From Octopus bimaculoides (Eukaryota): DNA of 64,000 nucleotides. A program made the translations under genes and the position numbers. This document shows, in pieces, positions 38,711 to 50,365 of the stretch. The stretch is from positions 194,579,252-194,643,251 of the forward strand of contig NC_068981.1 in NCBI RefSeq assembly GCF_001194135.2. Direction: 5' to 3'. The notes below the pieces were generated by a model, which worked only from the letters and a program-made list of their open reading frames with translations, was not told the DNA's origin and made no database searches. Position 1 is the stretch's first letter, and each line of letters opens with the position of its first letter.

Positions 38711-38955
38711 GAACGCAATCAAACCCTGAAGCAGCTTGAAAACGTGGAACTTCCCAATTTGGTGAAAGGTGAGAACATGTCCAGTATCCAGCAACTGTGG
38801 GGAAGTGGACGCATGACAAATTTTGAGTATTTGACTCTGTTGAACAAGATCGCTGGCCGATCCTTCAATGACCTTATGCAATATCCCATCTTCCCATTCA
38901 TTATCAGAAATTACGAGAACGAAGAATTAGATTTGTCTAATCAATCCCTCTATAG
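38711..38955 (+). CDS. LYST: LYST exon, BEACH start (TNFEYLTLLNKIAGRSFNDLMQYPIFPFI)
   Basis: tgcag| ... AG|gtaagt; phase 0 to 2. Confidence 0.97.
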
Positions 38956-39094
38956 GTAAGTACAACTTAGATGACTACTACTACTACTACTACTACTTTT
39001 CCTTCATCATCATCATCATCATTATTATTATTCTGGTGTTATTATTATTATTTGATGCAAACACACAGCTTATTTTGCTGGGTATGATGGAAAG

Positions 39095-39689
39095 TGTCAG
39101 GCGCCCACAGCCAATAGACTAAGGTGACACTTTTTTACAGGTATAACGGAGAAAGAAGATACAAACAATAAGTTTTGGGTAAGTTGAACAAGCTACAATT
39201 TCTTCGTCTCGTTATCAAAATACGAATTGTCAAAAGAGAATAATGGTTATATTACGGCCTGGAACAAGGATTTAAATGACTTCAGTTCTGATGGTTCTGT
39301 TGATGTGGCTAATGGTCTGCTGTCTGTTGTGGTAACGATGAAGACCAGAGAAGGCTGGTTGAAGAGAGCTGTGTGACAGACTGGATTTCTGGTTGATCGA
39401 TGCTGGTCCAAAGAGACGTGGCGTGTGGTCAATGGCTGATGCCAAAGACCAAGCGAAGCAGAACACAAGGGCTTTTATAACCCTGGGTAGGCTCCAGAGA
39501 CAAAGTGATCTTTTCCGCATTGAAAACAAACTGTTGCAAACACGCGATTGGACAGTTAGTAACTGACCAATACATGCAACTAGTTTGGCAAGCCACTGGA
39601 TCATGTGACCAGATGGAAAGAAAACGTCTGGTGAGCCCATTCTGTGGTATTTAAGCTTAAACAACCAAACATAATAAAAGCATTACACA
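39095..39689 (-). mobile_element. Possible solo LTR
   Basis: TG...CA ends, TATAAAAG and CCAAT on minus strand, non-microsatellite composition; no clear TSD. Confidence 0.35.
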
Positions 39690-39695
39690 CTTCTG

Positions 39696-39817
39696 CTACA
39701 CTGGTCGTGCTTCAAGAACCCTGCGAAGAATTCTTGCAGCTCCAAGCAATGCTGACTTTTGTAGGTGTTCTACCATTGCTTTTGTACCAACCCTTTTGAA
39801 CCATAATGCTAGTTGGG
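39696..39817 (-). mobile_element. Second, diverged R4/Dong-like C-terminal fragment
   Basis: Minus-strand translation QLALWFKRVGTKAMVEHLQKSALLGAARILRRVLEARPV*, homologous to VEHLQKTALLGTARILRKVLE of the adjacent copy. Confidence 0.8.
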
Positions 39818-39847
39818 TTATTATTATTATTATGATTATTATTATCA

Positions 39848-40497
39848 TGCCTTTGCACAGTTTCTAATGCTGGAGATGTACTACAGTGTCAGCTGTTCAC
39901 TACCAGTGAACTAAGGTAACACCTCTTATTTTTCGAGCACCTTCCGGAGTATTCGAGCGGTTCCAAGCAGTGCTGTTTTCTGTAAGTGCTCCACCCTTAT
40001 TGCAGCCCCTATTTGTTCCACGTACTTCGCGAGATTTTTACTCGCTGTTCCCAGGGCTCCGACAATTATTGGTATTACTACCACCTTTTTCGTTAACCAC
40101 AACTGCTTAACTTCCCAAGCTAACCTGTCATATCTCTCGACTTTTCTTTCTTCCTTATCACATACCTTGTTGTCAGCTGGAAATGCTATATCTATGATCC
40201 AACATAGTTTGCTTTCATTCTCAATTAATACTATGTCTGGCTTCCTATTCTCTATCTCATGGTTGCACTGAATCATAAAATCCCATAGGATCTTTGCATT
40301 ATCATTTTTGATGATGCCTTCAGGTTTGTAGTCGTACCAATTTTTTGCTCTGTCAAGTCCATACTTGTTGCAGAGTGTCCAATGGACAAGCCTGGCTATA
40401 TTGTCATGGTGTCTCTTATATTTCTTCTGGGCTAGTGACGTACATTGGCTGGTAATATGCCATACGGTTATTATTATTATGTCCACAGATTCTGCAC

Positions 40498-40500
<3 letters not shown>
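39848..40500 (-). mobile_element. 5'-truncated R4/Dong-like non-LTR retrotransposon (CCHC remnant plus restriction-like endonuclease C-terminus)
   Basis: KCRICG...HITSQC...HHDNIARLVHW...RKPDIVLIE...WIIDIAFP...KVERY; (TAA)n on both flanks. Confidence 0.9.
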
Positions 40501-40531
<31 letters not shown>

Positions 40532-41230
40532 TGTGATCACTGGTGCATTGGACAAAATGTTCAGAGCTGTTTTTCCTGACTCTGAGTTTAGATCCTGCCA
40601 AGGTCAACTTGGCCCTTCATCTCCCTGGGGTTGATAAAATAAAATACCAGACAGGTACTGGGGTCAGTGGTATTGACCCTAACCATCTTCCCCTCAAAAT
40701 TGCCTAAATTAGAAATCATTATAATTATTATTATTATTAATTTTATTTAAAATGGTGAGCTGGCAGAACCTCGTTAGAGCAAGGGAAGGAATGCTTTGTG
40801 GTATTTGTCCTGGTTCTTTACATTTTGAGTTCAAATCCTTGCAAGGTCAACATGGCCTTTCATCCCTCTGGGGCTGATAAAACAAAGTACCAGTCAAGTA
40901 CTTGAGTCACTGTAATCACGCAAACTTTCTCCCCTCAAATTTCTAGTCTTGAGGGGAGGGCATTGCAGGATTGGTAATGTATATGTTTGATGACAGTGAT
41001 GTCATGTTGTTTTTGATGAAGATGATGATGATGATGTCAAGTTTGGTGATAATGGTGTTATGTTTGATGACGGCTGTAATAAATGATGATGAATTGCGTC
41101 GTGTATGATGGCAACTCCTGTACGATGACAAGTGCGTCATATTTGATGACGACATCCTGTGTATATCTTATTATTTAATCAACCAGTTATTTTTTCTAAT
41201 GTTCTGTTATCTTCATCCCGCATTTTCCAG

Positions 41231-41297
41231 AGACTTATCAAAACCCATTGCTGTGCAAGACAAATCTAGAGAAAAGAAATACATTGAAAATTATCAG
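41231..41297 (+). CDS. LYST: LYST exon, BEACH (DLSKPIAVQDKSREKKYIENYQ)
   Basis: tccag| ... CAG|gtaaat; phase 2 to 0. Confidence 0.96.
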
Positions 41298-41346
41298 GTA
41301 AATATCTTTTGTTTTACAAGATTTTTGAGTTCTATATTTAAGAGAC

Positions 41347-41756
41347 GAGGAATTATGTACATTATTTACATTTGATGGATATCTGTCCTCATCTTGTTTT
41401 GGCTGATAGACCCTCCAGCCTTCATCAGGTGTCTTGGGGAAATTTCGATCCTGGTTTCTCATTCCTAAGGTATTTTTCGATGTTATCATTATTATTATTA
41501 TTAAGGTCATTGCTTGTAATCGAACTCGGAATCTTGAGGTTAGTAGCCCACGCTCTTAACCACTATGCCATATGCTTATGGACCCATGGGCATATGGCAT
41601 AGTAGTTAAGAGCGTGGGCTACTAGCTCCAAGATTCCAAGTTCAATTCCAGCCAATGACCTGAATAATAATAATAATAATAACATTGAAAAATACCTTAG
41701 GAATGAAAACCCAGGTTCGAAATTTCCCCAAGACACCTGATGAAGGCTGGAGGGTA
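41347..41756. mobile_element. Head-to-head inverted pair of family A elements
   Basis: Minus copy 41347-41575, short spacer, plus copy 41588-41756 truncated by an RTE fragment. Confidence 0.85.
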
Positions 41757-41769
41757 GCATTCTTCCCTT

Positions 41770-42290
41770 TCATGGGACTGTGGAAGAGGTAGACCCAGGA
41801 AGACATGGGATGAGGTGGTGAAGCATGACCTTCGAACATTGGGCCTCACAGAGGCAATGACAGGAGAGCAGGACCTTTGAATATATGCTGTGATTGAGGA
41901 GACCCAGCAACTAAAGTGAGATCACAGCCACACATGTCCAGCCATGTTAAGAGAACCCCTGATGCATCGGGCGATATGATATGCTTGAGACGACCTGTTG
42001 AGTCAAGTAAAACCAAGATCATAGCTGTGGCCAGTGCCCCCTGACTGACTTCTGTTCCGGTGGCATGTATAAAGCACCATCCAAATGTGGTCGATGCCAG
42101 GTCCACCTGACTGGCTCCCATGTCAGTGGCAAGTAAAAAGTACCTACCACACTCTCGTAGTGGTTGGCGTAGGGAAGGGCATCCAGCTGTAGAAACCTTG
42201 CCAGATGAGACTGGAGCCTGGTGCAGCCTTCTGGTTCTCCAGACCCCAGCCAAACCATCCAACCCATGCCAGCATGGAAAACAGACTGAC
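41770..42290 (+). mobile_element. RTE-clade LINE 3' fragment (ORF C-terminus plus 3' UTR)
   Basis: GRGRPRKTWDEVVKHDLRTLGLTEAMT is a typical RTE ORF end. 3' UTR carries GGAAGGGCATCCAGCTGT and the CCATGCCAGCATGG hairpin. Roughly 25 related fragments in the window, most ending in (GAT)n. Confidence 0.85.
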
Positions 42291-42441
42291 TAAATTCTTA
42301 TTCTTCTTCCAAAGCTACCAAAAACACCAAACATTCTCCTCTTAATTATTCTACTTTGTGAATTTCTTATCTTTACCCAACACAGACCAGCACTGATTTC
42401 TTTGGATTTTACCAATTCCACTTTACAATTCTATGTTTCAG

Positions 42442-42601
42442 TACTTAAAGCAAGAATATGAGAAATTCCTGTCAAAGAATGATGAGACTTTCTACCGTGT
42501 GGCACCATACCATTATGGTAGCCATTACTCAAACAGTGGAACTGTTCTGCATTTTTTAGTCCGCTTGCCGCCTTTTACCAAAATGTTCCTCAACTTCCAA
42601 G
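42442..42601 (+). CDS. LYST: LYST exon, BEACH (PYHYGSHYSNSGTVLHFLVRLPPFT)
   Basis: ttcag| ... G|gtaagt; phase 0 to 1. Confidence 0.97.
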
Positions 42602-42724
42602 GTAAGTCTTTACTCCATCCCAAACGATTTCTTCAGAAGTCTGTGACTTATTCTGGTCTTTGTTTTGCAAAAATTTAAACTCAGTTAACTTTGGACTGGA
42701 AGAGTTTATTTCTTTACATATTCT

Positions 42725-42975
42725 TGGAGAAGGGATCGTCATCATCATCATCATTGCCAACACCATCATTACTATCATCACCACTATTACCATCATCATC
42801 ATCATCACCATCATTATCATCACCATTATCATCACCACCACCACCATCATCATTACCATCATTATCATCACCACCACCATCATCATCATCATCATCATCA
42901 ACACCACCATCACCACCACCGTCATCATCATCATCATCATCAACACCACCATCACCACTACTACCATCATCATCA
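42725..42975. repeat. Long compound (CAT/CAC)n trinucleotide tract
   Basis: Direct inspection. Confidence 0.9.
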
Positions 42976-43379
42976 TTGTCGTCATTTGTTGGAATCATTT
43001 GACAGGAGCTTGCAAGGCCAGGAACTGTATGAAGGCCCCTTTTGTTTGTTTTGGCATGGTTTCTGTGACTGGATGCCCTTCCTAGTGCCAACCACTTTAC
43101 AGAGTGTACTGGGTACTTTTCATGTGGCACCAGCACTGACAGGGTCACCAAGCAACTTGCAAGACAAAACCCCCTCAACTTGAGAAGGGGAGAGCAGTAT
43201 TAAGGGAAATGGTTTGTGCCAGTTGAGAGATTTAAGGCACAGAGGGGACAGATACAGGGGGTCTTAGTGTAGAATAGATACAAACTTATAAATCAAAATC
43301 ATTGACTAATAACTGATTGTATCCGTGTAAGATTGAATCAAAGATGTTTATTAATGCCATAACTTTATCTCATTTACAG

Positions 43380-43520
43380 ATAACCATTTTGATCTGCCTG
43401 ACCGAACATTTCACAACATGGCCATTACGTGGAAACTATCCAGTTATCAGTCAATAAGTGATGTTAAAGAACTCATTCCGGAGTTTTTCTTCCAACCAGA
43501 GATGTTTCTAAACTCAGAAG
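43380..43520 (+). CDS. LYST: LYST exon, BEACH (FDLPDRTFH...DVKELIPEFF)
   Basis: ttacag| ... G|gtagga; phase 1 to 1. Confidence 0.97.
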
Positions 43521-43861
43521 GTAGGAAATGTCTGAACAATTGGTCAGTGATATTTTTTTTCAGTCGTCGCCTTCCCGGTACTCATGCCAGTGACACGTGA
43601 AAAGACATTTGAGCGAGGTTGTTCCAGTGCCGCTGGACTGGCTCCTGTGCAGGTGGCATGTAAAATACACCATTTTGAGCGTGGCTGTTGCCAGTACCGC
43701 CTGACTGGCTTTCGTACTGGTGGCACGTAAAAGCACCCACTACACTCTCGGAGTGGTTGACATTTGGAAGGGCATCCAGCTGTAGAAACTCTGCCAAATC
43801 AGATTGGAGCCTGTTTGCAGCCATCTGGTTCACCAGTCCTCAGTCAAATCGTCCAACCTAT

Positions 43862-44120
43862 ATAAAATAAATGCGCCCTTTTAAAGCCTACCCAGGCTCA
43901 TGGGCCCGGTTTCCCGGTTTCTATGGCGTATGTGTTCCCCATCTGGACGGGACGCCAGTCCATCGCAGCGTTACTCATTTTTGCTAGCTGAGTGGACTGG
44001 AGCAACGTGAAATGAAGTGTTTTGCTCAAGAACACAACTTGTCGCTCGGGCCAGGAATTGAAACCACAATCTTTACGATCATGATGCTGACACCCTAACC
44101 ACTAAGCCATGCGCCTCCAC
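43862..44120 (-). mobile_element. tRNA-derived SINE with Deu/Nin-like core, inserted in an RTE fragment
   Basis: 12-bp TSD CGTCCAACCTAT (43850-43861 and 44121-44132); core TGCGATGGACTGGCGTCCCGTCCAG...GAAACCGGG. Confidence 0.75.
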
Positions 44121-44334
44121 CGTCCAACCTATGCGAGCATGGAAAGCGGATGTTAAACGATGATGATTGCTATTTCTAGCAAGTCAAGAAACTGTATAAA
44201 ACAGAAGTTCTTAAACGTTTTTTTGCCTATGGAATCCTTTGCTTCCTGTTTTACTCAGGTGGACCCCTGCACCCATTCAGTGTTTAAAAAAATCCTATCA
44301 TATTTTCATAATTAAATATTATTAGGAATTGTGT

Positions 44335-44903
44335 AGAGGTAGACCCAGGAAGACATGGGATGAGGTGGTGAAGCATGATGCATAATCTTCAAACTTTGGG
44401 CCTCACAGAGGCAATGACTGGTGACCGAGACCCTTGGCGATATGCAGTGCTTGAGAAGCCCTGTCAAGCCAAGGGAAATTGTAGTCAAGGCTGATGCTGG
44501 TGTCATGTAACTGGCATGTAAAGAGCACCTTTTGTGCGTTGGACCTCCCAGAAGCAAAGTGGCCAGTGGCACGTGAAAAGGTCCCTTTGAGTGTTGGGCC
44601 TCACGGAGACAATGACAAATGACTGAGACCTTGGCATTATGTTGTGCTTGAGAAGAAGACCCATCAAGCCGAGCAAAATCACAGTCGTGGCAGATACTGG
44701 TGTCACACAAATGGCACCTGTGCCAGTGGCATGTAAAAGCACTCATTACAGTCTCGGATTGGTTGGCATTAGGAAGGGCATCCAGCCATGGAAAGCCATG
44801 CCAAATCAGACTGGAGTTTGGTGCAGCCTTCCAGCTTACCAACCCTGGTCAAACTGTCCAACCCATGCCAGCATGGACAACAGAGACGTTAAATGATGAT
44901 GAT
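44335..44903 (+). mobile_element. RTE LINE 3' fragment including ORF C-terminus
   Basis: RGRPRKTWDEVVKHD remnant and (GAT)n tail. Confidence 0.83.
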
Positions 44904-45468
44904 GTGTGCAAAAAAAAATTTTTTAATATTTTTTATATTGTAGAAGTACAACCAATTTAATGCACATAAATTTTAACAACAAAATCTTGCATGGACCCTG
45001 AAGGGCCGTGTGAACCCCAGTTGAGAACCACCAGTGTGGAGCAATGGTTCTTATAGTCTCGGGTCACATTCCTCCCCTTATAATCCCACCTATTCTCAAT
45101 CCCCCCCCCCTTTTCACTTCTCATCAAATAATTGAATGGTTTGAAACTGGATGAAGTCTAAAACAGCAGAATTTTTATCAACTGTTCACTTGTGATCATC
45201 TTTATACTTGTACATATTGGCAATCCATTTGAATAAATGGACACGGACACACACATACATATAGAGTTAAAGGCGGTGAGCTGGCAGAAACGTTAGCACG
45301 CCGGGCAAAATGCTTAGCGGTATTTCATTTGTCTTTATGTTTTGAGTTCAAATTCCGCCGAAGTTGACTTTGCTTTCATCCTTTTGGGGTTGATGAATGA
45401 AGGTTATGCCCCAGCATGGCTGCAGTTGACTGAAACAAGTAAAAGACAAATATATACTATTAACTTAC

Positions 45469-45936
45469 AAAATTACTATTTTTAAATCTCACAACGAGAG
45501 ATATTCAGCAACAGTACTTTGGAGTAAAGATTGTTTGCCAACATAACATGGCAGTCCTGGTTTAGGACAAATGTTGCTGTAATTTAGCCCCAGGAGACAT
45601 CGTCTCCATCTGGCTACACATCATGATCTGTGTCCTTATATTTTCGAACAAGGGAATCTAGCACCCCCACTCAGTTCAAAACAATATCTGTGTCTCGCGA
45701 CTTCTGGGTTATTTCCCTTCATCAGCACAGAATAATTGTTCGGCTAGAGGTGGCACTGCCAAATTCCCATTCGAAATATATAGTTTTTAAAGTGACAACT
45801 AGTCACTGATCCATCAATTAGAAAATTACTATTTGTAAATCTCACAACGAGAGATATTCAGCAACAGTACTTTGGAGTAAAGATTGTTTGCCAACATAAC
45901 ATGGCAGTCCTGGTTTAGGATGAATGTTACTGTAAT
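45469..45936 (-). mobile_element. 353-bp tandem unit (about 1.3 copies) with hammerhead-like motif (family B)
   Basis: 45469-45583 is repeated at 45822-45936; motif at 45688-45730(-); palindromic partial copies at 16464-16645 and 29973-30206. Confidence 0.65.
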
Positions 45937-46265
45937 ACTATTAACTTGTTTGAAAATCTTTCATAAACTACCAAGGTCTCCAGAAGTTGCATCTAACTCC
46001 ATTCTCAGCTGTGTTGAGTTAGAACGATATCACATCTGGGATAGGTTCCTCATCCTTTCAAAGCTAACTTCCCTCGTATGATCTCATACTTGTCCCACAC
46101 TACAATTAGTGAACAAAACCATTTAGAATTAACACCTTCCCCATTCACCAGTCCCACCCACACTGATATGTTGCGTAATTACTGCTGTGTGTTGTTTTAT
46201 CTTCATTTGGTTTGTGTTAAAAGTTTAACGTGTTTAATTTTTGGACCTGAATTTCTTGTTAATAG

Positions 46266-46483
46266 GATTTGATTTTGGAACGAAACAAACTGGTGACCTT
46301 GTGTGGGACGTCCAGCTTCCAAGTTGGTGCCAGGGCAATGCACGTTTGTTTGTTTTGATTCATCGACAAGCCTTAGAATCTCCATATGTCTCAGAAAATA
46401 TCCATCGGTGGATTAACTTGGTCTATGGTTACAAACAACAGGGAGATTCAGCTGTCCAGGCCATTAATGTCTTTCACCCAGCT
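46266..46483 (+). CDS. LYST: LYST exon, BEACH ([11 protein letters not shown]...[17 protein letters not shown])
   Basis: aatag| ... GCT|gtgagt; phase 1 to 0. Confidence 0.97.
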
Positions 46484-46648
46484 GTGAGTATACCGTTTGG
46501 CATTTCTTGACCATTCCACTGCCCATACCATCTTCCACATTCTCTCACACGTGCCTGTTCTACTCCCCACCCATAGTTTTCTGTTTGTCCCCTCCCCCCC
46601 AATTGTCTCCCTATTTTCATGTTGTTATTTTTTTTCCTTCTTCAACAG

Positions 46649-46834
46649 ACGTATTTTGGTGTTGATGTGGACAGTGAGAAGGACCCAGTCCACCGACAAG
46701 CCTTGATAACCATGATCAAAACGTATGGTCAGACCCCAAAACAACTGCTACGGACACCACACCCCCAACTCCCTCCCTATCTTCTCACACAGATATTTCC
46801 TAGTTTAGCAAATGTTGGCAAACCCACAACAATG
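46649..46834 (+). CDS. LYST: LYST exon, BEACH end (TYFG...[12 protein letters not shown]...)
   Basis: caacag| ... ATG|gtaagt; phase 0 to 0. Confidence 0.96.
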
Positions 46835-48017
46835 GTAAGTTCCTTGGTTTTTTTTTTGTTGCGTTCCTTGTTTGTTTTTGTTGTTGTGTGCCATCAAGAG
46901 ATAACTGGATATGACATGGCATGCGTGAAGATTAAGGCACCGGATTGCTGATTCTGTAGTTTTAACCCTCTAGCATTTAAACTGACCATATCCAGACCAA
47001 ACATTCTGCCTTGTTTTATGATCAAAACAGCCAGATCCATCCTGTCATACCTACCCTACAATGTCATTCTAAAAATAAACGATTGCATCATTGAAATCTC
47101 AAAGCTGTGAGATAATCTTTTCTACTCTAGGCACAAGGCCCAAAATTTTAGGGGAGGGGGCCAGTTGATTAGATCGACCCAGTACGCAACTGGTACTTAA
47201 TTTATTGAACCTGAAAGGATGGAAGGCAAAGTCAACCTCGGTGAAATTTGAACTCAGAACGTAAAGACAGACGAAATACCACTAACTATTTCACCCGGCG
47301 TGCTAACATTTCTTATTTCTTTACTGCCCACAAGGGGCTAAACATAGAGGGGACAAACAGAATGTAATGGCAGATGAAATACCGCTAAGCATTTCGCCCG
47401 GCGTGCTAATGTTTCTGCCAGCTCGCTGCCTTAAAGCTATGAGATAATGCATGATTAATTCGAGACAAAGTGATTAGGTGTTACATTTGACAGAGTAATC
47501 TGAATGCTGAACAGTCAAGTTCAAATCTTGCTTTAGACGTTGAAATCATTAAGCAGGCTACATAACATCAATTGGGTCAGTTTGCCTGACTGACAACAGG
47601 TTCCACTTCTTGTTGCCATCAGTAACAGACTAACATTGTAACATGCTGCTCGTGTTCAACCGGGGGGGGGGGGGAATATTGTCCTACTTGGAAACAGGTG
47701 AAGGTTAGTGACAGTAAAGACATCCTGCCATAGAATATCTGCTTTAATGAATTCCATCTGACCCATGCAAACACAGAAAAGTGGACGTTAAAATCATCAT
47801 CATCATCATCATGTAATGTTTGTTTTCCATGTTGGCATGGGTTGGACGGTTTGACAGGATCTGATAAGGTCAGGAGCTACATCGGGTTCCATTTTTTGTG
47901 TTGGTTTGGTTTCTACAGCTGGATGCCTGTCCTAACACCAACCACTTTACAGAATGGCCATAACAAAATAGCACAAATGATGATAATGTGTATATGTATG
48001 TTTACATGTATGGTATG

Positions 48018-48056
<39 letters not shown>

Positions 48057-48094
48057 AAAAGCTATGTAATATTTCTGTGTCGTTTCTGTTACAG

Positions 48095-48290
48095 ATCTCC
48101 AGTTTAAGTTGTGTTAAAGGTTTAAACTGGGGAGACTATGTCGGTTCCCCAGACTGCCCCCCTCCTGCTGTGATACACCGAAAAGAGACTAGATCTGTTG
48201 CTGCTGTTAAACTTATCGCCCTCCAGACAGGAGAGGTATTTGGAATCCGAAACGAAAGTTGTCTTCTAACCATGTGTAGCAAAGACCGAG
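48095..48290 (+). CDS. LYST: LYST exon (VKGLNWGDYVGSP...)
   Basis: ttacag| ... G|gtaatt; phase 0 to 1. Confidence 0.95.
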
Positions 48291-48859
48291 GTAATTACTG
48301 GGTTTTTAAAAACTTTTTTTTATGTTTCAGTTATTGGACTGTGGCCATGCTGGGGCACCAACTTAAAGGATTTAGTCGAACAAATTGATACCAGTACTTA
48401 TTTTTTTAACCTGGATTGTGCAACGAGATTCAAGTATCTTTCCACAGCCATTATGCTTCATATTGTTTAGAGAAGTCTTTGGAGTGTCTAGATATCAAGG
48501 TGCTTTAACATAGAACCACCCGTGGTTCAATGTTACAGCACTTCCTGTTTTAAAGTGACTTAAATTAAAACCTTCTTTAATAATGAGTCATTTTATTAAA
48601 GCTTTTATTTTAAAAATCAAAAGGCAGTGTATTTCAATAGAACGCATCATCGTCGTTGTCAGGCAGCATGGTGACAAAAAGCTTTTGCATCAAAAGTGCA
48701 CAGGAGTGGCTGTGTGGTAAGTAGCTTGCTTACCAACCACATGGTTCCGGGTTCAGTCCCACAGTGTGGCACCTTGGGCAAGTGTCTTCTACTATAGCCT
48801 TGGGCTGACCAAAGCCTTGTGAGTGGATTTGGTAGACAGAAACTAAAAGAAGCCCGTCG

Positions 48860-48902
<43 letters not shown>

Positions 48903-49203
48903 ATATGGTTGTGTCTGTGTTTGTGCCCCCAACTTCGCTTGACTAAAGGCAGTGTTCCAGCATGGCCACAGTCAAATGAGTGAAACAAATAAAGGAATAA
49001 AAGAATTATGTTCCAAACGTCAGCTTAATTAGTTTAATAAAAACGTTTTTTTTTTAATGAAACTCTTCATTATTTTCAAAATTAAAACCAAATTGAAACA
49101 AAAGGTTTAATTCCACACCAAAACAATGTCTGCGTAGTCTTTTACTTTGTCAGTATTTGGCGTCAGATCTCACCTTTAACAATGCCTTCTCTGATCTATT
49201 CTA

Positions 49204-49330
49204 CAGGGTGTCCACAAAGTCTGGGTACATGGGGATTAACACATACTCTAAGAAATTATTATTTCTGATATTTAATTGTTTATGTTATGATTTTATTTAC
49301 TCCATGTACCCAGACCTTGTGGACACCCTG
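49204..49330. mobile_element. Tc1/mariner-type MITE
   Basis: TIR CAGGGTGTCCACAA(A/G)GTCTGGGTACATGG at both ends, TA on left flank. Confidence 0.8.
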
Positions 49331-49390
49331 AATTTAGAAATCAAACCAACAACCAACTACATTCTTCTCTCTCTCTATTTCTTGTCACAG

Positions 49391-49527
49391 GTGTTATTGG
49401 TATAAATACCACTGATGTGATATGGGCCGCTATACTTAGTTGGAAACATCCGGATGGTATTCTTCGTATTACAAATAATCCTGATAGAAGTCCAGTCAAC
49501 TTCCTTCAAGTCAGTCCTTATGATCAG
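49391..49527 (+). CDS. LYST: LYST exon, WD40 (DVIWAAILSWKHPDGILRI)
   Basis: cacag| ... CAG|gtcagc; phase 1 to 0. Confidence 0.94.
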
Positions 49528-49814
49528 GTCAGCTCAACACTCTCCCTAATTAACAATCTATCATCTTCATCATTGCATTCTTTTCTGTTGATTGCATTAA
49601 CAGTGCTCATATCATTTTCATTGTCTACCACTGGCCCCTTTCCATCAATGGTGCTACTACAATTGTTAATGGTTTCTATCACGGACCCCTTCCATTTATA
49701 ATATCTATCACTCACCCTCTTTTTATTGTCTACAACTTTCCCCCCTCCCTTCCTGGTGTTTACAATTGTCCCCCCTTCCATTAACAGCCTCTACCTCTGT
49801 CTCCTCTTTTTCAG

Positions 49815-49913
49815 ACCACTTGTATAGCATCTGTTCCTGACTGTCGTTTATTGTTTATTGGAGGCAGAGCTGGTGTGATAACAGTGTACACTACCCTGCA
49901 CAATACAGCAAAG
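49815..49913 (+). CDS. LYST: LYST exon, WD40 (TTCIASVPDCRLLFIGGRAGVITVY)
   Basis: ttcag| ... AAG|gtaagt; phase 0 to 0. Confidence 0.95.
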
Positions 49914-49929
49914 GTAAGTAACACCACCA

Positions 49930-50365
49930 GGGTGTGTGTGCCAGTGGCATGTAAAAAGCACCAACCAAACATGGCCAATGCCAGTACCCCCTGACTGGCC
50001 CCCTTGCCAGTGGCACATAAAAAGCACCATCCGACGTGGTTGATGCCAGGTTCACTTGACTGGCTCCCATGTCAGTGGCATGTAAAAAGCACCAACCAAA
50101 CATGGCCAATGCAAGTACCCCCTGACTGGCCCCCTTGCCAGTGGCATGTAAAAAGCACTATCCGAATGTGATCGATGCCAGGCCCGCCTGACTAGCATGT
50201 AAAAAGCACCCGCTACACTCTTGGAGTGGTTGGCCTTAGGAATGGCATCCAGCTGTAGAAATACTGCCAGATCAGATTGGAGCCTGGTGCAGCCATTGGC
50301 TCTCCAGACCTCAGTCAAACTGTCCAACCCATGCCAGCATGGAATGCAGACGTTAAATGATGATA
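49930..50365 (+). mobile_element. RTE LINE 3' fragment
   Basis: Internal unit array, family 3' end; boundaries approximate. Confidence 0.8.

Noticed and set aside
42590-43178. Poly-Met/Ile/Asp/Ser ORFs
   Set aside because: Translations of a (CAT/CAC)n microsatellite.
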